A stretch of DNA of 12,035 nucleotides from Candidatus Hermodarchaeota archaeon (GTDB lineage Archaea > Asgardarchaeota > Lokiarchaeia > Sigyniarchaeales > SOKP01), in contig JBHLLG010000088.1 in NCBI GenBank assembly GCA_048885925.1, positions 1 through 12,035 of the forward strand, in the 5' to 3' direction. A model generated the notes under the pieces. It was not told the DNA's origin. It searched no databases and saw only the letters and a program-made list of their open reading frames with translations. How positions within the stretch are numbered: position 1 is the stretch's first letter; each line of letters opens with the position of its first letter. The translations under genes were made by a program, and so were the position numbers. Positions 7,205 to 12,035 of this stretch are shown one piece after another.

Positions 7205-10162
7205 TCAAACCGTAATTATTTGTTTTAATAAATTTTTTGTACTTTTGCTTTTATAACGATGACGTTCCTCAATAATATCTAAGAAAGCATCAACTCTTGT
7301 TTCAAAACCAGCATGAGCAGTGTGAGAATCTATTTCAAGATAACAAAATGTATGACCCTCAAGTTTATGTCGAAAATGATGGTACATTGTGCCATCAGGG
7401 CCACATGAAAAACAAGAAACAAAACAAATATATAGATTTGGGTACTTTTTTGCATATTCAACGGCATTGTCAATCTCCTGTGTGAAACTCCAAACATTCC
7501 TAGTATGAATTGATTTATTGCTTAAAATAGGCAACAAATCAGAAGGAATGGCGTTATAACCCCTACTAACTACTTTCCTTGGGAGGGCTATATTAACATC
7601 AGTGGGATATACTACATATGGTCTTCCAGTTATAATTACAGACGGCTTTTTTAATAGTTCTTTAATTTTTTTTCTACCAAATTCAGAGTATAATACTCTA
7701 TACATCTTATAATGAGATAATGCCACCAAACCAGCATTTATACCAACCTTTTTTTCTAATCCTAATTTAATAGCAATTCTTCCGAATTCCTTCAATGTTG
7801 TTTCGATAAGATCTTCAGAAAGACCAATATGAGGTGATAATATCCTGTTATTCATATCTTGAAATGTTGCTCTAATAACATCTGGAATTGTGGCTGTAGA
7901 GGGACAAGTATATCCGTGAACATAACCCTGAGGTATTTCCATTTCAATTACATAAGGTAAGAAAATATAATCAACATTACAATCAATAAGATCCTTTACT
8001 GCTCCATGAACCAGTTCACATGGATAACAGATTGGAGCTTTTGTCTTAGTATTGCCTATTTTTGATGGATTTGATAACACAAAATTATAACCAAGCTCGT
8101 TAATGAATTTTGTATATAAAGGATAAAGAATATGTGAAGTTAAAGCCATAGGTATACCTATTGTACCTCGAGGATTGCTTAAAGGTTGAGCCCCGAAGTC
8201 CTCAAACATCATTTTATTTCGAATTTCTACAAGATCTTGTCCCTCTTTTATCTTAAAATTCTTTTGACGTAATAATTTATATTTAGAACATAGTCCTCCA
8301 AATGGATAAACCTTTCCCCTTATTAACAGTCTTTGAATTTCACAATTATTTTCACATGCTTTACATCTAAAAGTATTCTTAATTTGCATCTCACCCTTTA
8401 TAAGTTCCTTGAGTTTATAATTCTCTTCAGAAATATTTCTGTTTTGTAAAAGATCTCTTGTCATAAGAGCTGTACCAATGGCTCCCATAAGCTCAGGATG
8501 AGTAGGTACTATTACTTTTTGCTGGCAACGATCAGCAATAGCTAAAGCGACTGATCTATTTAAAGCAACACCTCCAAGAAAAAGTAAAATCTTTCCAATA
8601 TGCCGAGATCCAACTATGCGTGAAATATAATTATCAGCAATTGAGTAAACTAAACCTGCAATGACATCCTCAGGGTTTGCTCCTTTTTGAAGAGCATTCC
8701 TTAAATCGGTATTGATAAAAGCAGCACAACGCTCCCCAAATGCTATAGGTGATTCACTTTTAATTGCGATACTACTTATTTCCTCTACAGTAACCCCCAT
8801 ATCAACTGATGCAGATTCCTCAAGAAAACTGCCAGTTCCTGCAGAGCATCCTTCATTCATAGCATAATCAATCGGTACTCCTTTTAAAAATGAAATATAT
8901 TTTGAATCTTGACCTCCAATTTCAAATACGGTATCCACATTTGGAGCTTCTTCTCTAGCTGCTCTTGCATGCGCTAATATTTCATTAAAGCTTCTACAAT
9001 TGTTTAAAAAAACTGATATCATTTCTCTAGCAGATCCAGTCACCCCACATTGAATTATCTTTATTGAATTATCTCCTACCTGTTCTATTAGTTGATTAAT
9101 ACAGTTTTTAGTTGCCTGTATTGGATTTCCTAATGTCCTTAAATATGCACTTGCTCCTAAAGAATCATCTAAACTATTATATAATATAGCTTTAGTAGTG
9201 GTTGATCCTGCATCAATGCCAAGTATATATTTATCACCAGGTTTTATCTCCAATTTATCATCAGTAGCTACACGATAATCTAAAAGGATTTCAGCATCGT
9301 CTAGTGGTCTATGAGTTTGAAACTTAACTTTTGATGATCTAAACCAATCTTTATCTTGGAATAAAGACTCTTGTAAATCAGATGCAAAAAGTGAGGCCCC
9401 GAATACTTCGAGATAAGGACTTTCTGGTAATAATATAATTTCAGAGTCAGTCAGAAAATCTTTTAAATTTTCAACGAAAATATTATTTAAAGTAACACCT
9501 CCTGAAATCACTATTAACTTAGTAGACCATTGTGTTGTTTCTATTAATTCACTGACCTTTCTGGCTAAATCATAAATTAATGTTTTAACAATATCTTCAC
9601 GTTTACATTCACCCTTATTGAGCTTATGAGTAGCATCAGATTTACAATGAACTGAGCATCTTGTAGCCAATTGTGTGAAATTTCCATTTGTACTAGCTTC
9701 AACTCCTTCTTCAATAGATAATCCCATCCTTTGAAGCTGCTGAACAATAAATTCACCCGTACCAGCAGCACACTTCGAAGTAGATATTATATTTCTTATA
9801 GTACCCTTTTTCATTGGATAAACACTAAAAGTTTCTCCACCAAGTGAAAGAAGAATATCAGGTTGTAGATTATAGAATGATAGAGCCTTTTCCAGACATT
9901 CAACCTCTGAGATATAAGGTAAATTTAAAAAACCACTTGTAGCTTGACCTGTTATTACAATTTTTGAATTTATGTCAACATTATATCGTTTAAATATCTC
10001 TAATATCTTTTTTTTAGGATTTCCCTCGTGACGCACAACCTCACTTGCTACTACGCCATTAATTGTTCGACGAACCCACTTTACAGAAACAGCACCAATT
10101 TCTAATCCTTCAAAATATTGGAGATCATGTTTCTCGATTTTAGGAAGACTTTGATTTGACAT
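7205..10162 (-). CDS. CoA-substrate-specific enzyme activase: two ASKHA BadF/BadG/BcrA/BcrD (HgdC-like) ATPase domains plus a DUF2229/dehydratase-like domain
   Basis: Domain 1: GLEIGAVSVK, LGGETF, KCAAGTGEF, RCSVHCKSD. Domain 2: LGIDAGSTTTK, EIGGQDSKY, MNEGCSAGTGSFLEE, RCAAF, GGVALN. Cys linker CKACENNC...GGLC. DUF2229 part: IGIPMAL, ICYPCELVHG, GRPY, SCFSCGPD, LEIDSHTAHAGFETRVDAF. Confidence 0.92.
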   Translation of the reverse strand: MSNQSLPKIEKHDLQYFEGLEIGAVSVKWVRRTINGVVASEVVRHEGNPKKKILEIFKRYNVDINSKIVITGQATSGFLNLPYISEVECLEKALSFYNLQPDILLSLGGETFSVYPMKKGTIRNIISTSKCAAGTGEFIVQQLQRMGLSIEEGVEASTNGNFTQLATRCSVHCKSDATHKLNKGECKREDIVKTLIYDLARKVSELIETTQWSTKLIVISGGVTLNNIFVENLKDFLTDSEIILLPESPYLEVFGASLFASDLQESLFQDKDWFRSSKVKFQTHRPLDDAEILLDYRVATDDKLEIKPGDKYILGIDAGSTTTKAILYNSLDDSLGASAYLRTLGNPIQATKNCINQLIEQVGDNSIKIIQCGVTGSAREMISVFLNNCRSFNEILAHARAAREEAPNVDTVFEIGGQDSKYISFLKGVPIDYAMNEGCSAGTGSFLEESASVDMGVTVEEISSIAIKSESPIAFGERCAAFINTDLRNALQKGANPEDVIAGLVYSIADNYISRIVGSRHIGKILLFLGGVALNRSVALAIADRCQQKVIVPTHPELMGAIGTALMTRDLLQNRNISEENYKLKELIKGEMQIKNTFRCKACENNCEIQRLLIRGKVYPFGGLCSKYKLLRQKNFKIKEGQDLVEIRNKMMFEDFGAQPLSNPRGTIGIPMALTSHILYPLYTKFINELGYNFVLSNPSKIGNTKTKAPICYPCELVHGAVKDLIDCNVDYIFLPYVIEMEIPQGYVHGYTCPSTATIPDVIRATFQDMNNRILSPHIGLSEDLIETTLKEFGRIAIKLGLEKKVGINAGLVALSHYKMYRVLYSEFGRKKIKELLKKPSVIITGRPYVVYPTDVNIALPRKVVSRGYNAIPSDLLPILSNKSIHTRNVWSFTQEIDNAVEYAKKYPNLYICFVSCFSCGPDGTMYHHFRHKLEGHTFCYLEIDSHTAHAGFETRVDAFLDIIEERHRYKSKSTKNLLKQIITV

Positions 10163-10426
10163 CCGTATCCTTTTACTTAGATATAAATCGATTTAAATAA
10201 ATAAAAAAATAAAATTATAGATCAATATTTAAATATTCTACCACAAAAAATATGATGACTGATATTATTCGATTAAGCTATTTAGAATTTTTCCAATTAT
10301 CAAGCAATCAAATAATAAATCTTTCTTTCTCAGTTAGTAATTTTTAAATAATATTGATTATTAAAAAATTGATTGAATTTTAATAAAAAAAGAATATAAT
10401 CCTTTTTAGTTTGATATAATAAGTGC

Positions 10427-10449
10427 GAAGAAATTGAACCATTGTTCAG
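10427..10449. promoter_or_regulatory. Operator-like element, copy 1 (GAAGAAATTGAA-CCATTG-TTCAG; dyad TGAAC-N4-GTTCA)
   Basis: Direct repeat of 10521-10543. It contains the inverted repeat AATTGAAC/GTTCAGTT (7 of 8 complementary) and abuts TTATAAAA at 10450-10457. Confidence 0.55.
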
Positions 10450-10520
10450 TTATAAAATTTTAACAAAAAAAATCATATTTGAGTTAAAAGTTAATTTTTT
10501 TTCTTTTTAAGTTTCAATTT

Positions 10521-10543
10521 GAAGAAATTGAAATAACATTCAG
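10521..10543. promoter_or_regulatory. Operator-like element, copy 2 (GAAGAAATTGAA-ATAACA-TTCAG)
   Basis: Identical to copy 1 at 17 of 17 positions outside the 6-nt spacer; 94 bp downstream of copy 1. Confidence 0.55.
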
Positions 10544-10629
10544 ATTAGATATATATCATAAAATTTAAATCAATATCATTCAAACTAATTCGTAAATAAA
10601 AAATACATATACTTTTTAGTTAAAAAAAA

Positions 10630-11244
10630 ATGACATTTTCAGAAGAAGTCCCAAAAGAAGAATGGACTGTAGAAAAATTAAAAAAGATGACTTTTAAAGA
10701 ACTGCTTGAATTATATAAAAAATTATCACCTCCCTCATTTGAAGAAATGGATGGTGAATATGATGCTTGCATGCTTGATACTGGAAGTGAATTAAATAAT
10801 CAATTTAGTGAATGGCTAATGTATAAAACTGCTATGGGTGTCTGGAAAGGTAAAGGTTATACTCCAAAAACTTCTTCAACAGGGGTTGGTTACAATAGAT
10901 TTATAATTGATGGTAAGGAGAGACATCATTTACGATTTGGTACAGATATGAATGTCTCATTTTTTGATAATAAGCCAATATTGAGAATGAGATATAAAGC
11001 TTTTAAAAATCTTTTTGCAATAACCGATGTGATTGATGAAGTTCGTAAACTTAGTGATAATATATATCTTTGTTTTAGTTCTAGAATAGATGAAAATGGA
11101 GAGCGAGGTCAACCTGGTCCATTTTGTTTGACAGGCCCGATTGGAAAATTTGACCATGATACAGAATTCTATTTTGGGGATGAAGTGAGCAAACCCGCTA
11201 TAATTCCATTTAATCCAAAAAACAGATTTAAACCTAAGAAATAA
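10630..11244 (+). CDS. Conserved hypothetical protein, possibly related to GXWXG/DUF4334-like beta-barrel proteins
   Basis: 204-aa ORF with host-like codon usage. The pattern L.ELY..L.PP..EEMDGEY, WKGKGY, GYNRF, S.FD.KP...M.Y, DEVRKL..NIYL resembles a widespread uncharacterised family; the family assignment is from memory only. Confidence 0.7.
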   Translation: MTFSEEVPKEEWTVEKLKKMTFKELLELYKKLSPPSFEEMDGEYDACMLDTGSELNNQFSEWLMYKTAMGVWKGKGYTPKTSSTGVGYNRFIIDGKERHHLRFGTDMNVSFFDNKPILRMRYKAFKNLFAITDVIDEVRKLSDNIYLCFSSRIDENGERGQPGPFCLTGPIGKFDHDTEFYFGDEVSKPAIIPFNPKNRFKPKK

Positions 11245-11320
11245 AACAATTTTGATTTTTCTATACTCAAATCTCTCTATTTAGCAATGTCTTTAAGAAA
11301 TACTTGAATCTGGTAATAAA

Positions 11321-11655
11321 TCATATTTTTATTATTTCTTTCTTTTTTGAATCTACTGCTAACTTCTTCTTTTTCCTCCGAACCATCTCAACAAAAGATT
11401 CAACTCGTGTTAAAAGTCCGGCTTCTCCACTATGCTCATCCATTGTAATTTCTAAGAAAGGTAATCCTACAACTTTCATATCTCGAATAATCAAGTTTTG
11501 AAGGGAAAACAGACAAATTCAGGGCTGTGTTTCACGATAATCTTCATATCGTTACGATTCGTGGGATTTGGCAGAATCACCTCGGCACCTATACACTCGA
11601 AGAAAGTCTTGAACGCTGGCCACAAATTGCCCATATTTGGAAAAGAAACTTTCAT
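11321..11655 (-). pseudogene. Disrupted or chimeric 2-hydroxyacyl-CoA dehydratase/DUF2229-like gene: N-terminal 54 aa joined out of frame to a C-terminal 59 aa
   Basis: ATG 11655 gives MKVSFPNMGN...HSPEFVCFPFKT, then TGA at 11491-11493. The -1 frame, 11500 to 11321, gives QNLIIRDMKVVGLPFLEITMDEHSGEAGLLTRVESFVEMVRRKKK...*, the typical family C-terminus. The middle of the protein is missing. Confidence 0.8.
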
Positions 11656-11669
11656 AATAAAATAGGTTC

Positions 11670-12035
11670 TCAAAGGTTAAAAAGAGATCCGATACCAAAA
11701 AACCCATTTCTTGAAAAAAACTCGAGTCCGTTCTTAACGGCGAATCCTACATCTAATTTCTTTGATGGATTCAGCATTGTTAAAACTTTCGACATAGGAG
11801 TTTTAATACTAGACATAAAATATTCAAAATCAGATTTCGGCTTGAAATATATATTCTGTATCTCATCCGGAACCTCGTACTTGGCATCCCTAAACAAGGG
11901 ATTAGTTTCCTTGTTACCGACCATTAAGTCATGAAAGGCCTCGACTCTTGTTCTAAGTCCTTCAAAGCCAGAACTTCCATCAAGACTAATATGAATTTGG
12001 GGCATGTAAAACTTGTCCATGTTTTTCTCAGCTTC
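11670..12035 (-). CDS. C-terminal part of another 2-hydroxyacyl-CoA dehydratase/CoA-activase-associated subunit (5'-truncated by the window edge)
   Basis: Frame is open from 12035 (EAEKNMDKFYMPQIHISLDGSSGFEGLRTRVEAFHDLM...). It carries the family C-terminal motif P.l.ls.D..sg..Gl.TR.EAF and stops at TGA 11670-11672. Confidence 0.8.
   Translation of the reverse strand, partial: EAEKNMDKFYMPQIHISLDGSSGFEGLRTRVEAFHDLMVGNKETNPLFRDAKYEVPDEIQNIYFKPKSDFEYFMSSIKTPMSKVLTMLNPSKKLDVGFAVKNGLEFFSRNGFFGIGSLFNL

Noticed and set aside
6192-9771. Short ORFs 6192..6416 (+), 7297..7485 (+) and 9577..9771 (-)
   Set aside because: They lie wholly within the activase/dehydratase genes on the other strand or in another frame and have no independent coding evidence.
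10427-10543. The two 23-nt repeats as a CRISPR mini-array
   Set aside because: Only two copies, with variable centres, a 71-nt gap and no cas genes; an operator fits better.
10957-11934. ORFs 10957..11157 (-), 11304..11501 (+) and 11527..11934 (+)
   Set aside because: Shadows of the 204-aa gene and of the minus-strand dehydratase-like fragments, which carry the recognisable motifs.
1-12035. Genome-wide TGA reassignment
   Set aside because: pepD ends with TGA at its expected C-terminus, and the long ORFs contain no other internal TGA.

Overview
AT-rich window that looks archaeal, probably Asgard/Lokiarchaeia. This is inferred from a Loki-CTERM-like anchored surface protein, TATA-like boxes 25-30 nt upstream of start codons, and oligo-T terminators. 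In order, it contains: the 3' part of a PepD-type M20 dipeptidase; a secreted CocE/NonD-family serine hydrolase with an extra basic C-terminal domain; a short TrmO/TsaA SAM-binding protein; a sequon-rich membrane-anchored surface protein; a BadF/BadG/BcrA/BcrD (HgdC-type) CoA-activase plus 2-hydroxyacyl-CoA dehydratase-like system split into two in-frame ORFs by a single TGA; a divergent hypothetical gene whose upstream region carries two helically phased TGAA-N6-TTCA operator-like repeats; and the end of a second dehydratase-like cluster whose last gene is an out-of-frame N-terminus/C-terminus fusion with a codon-usage shift at the junction (deletion, recombination or misassembly). No rRNA, tRNA, CRISPR array or transposase was seen.
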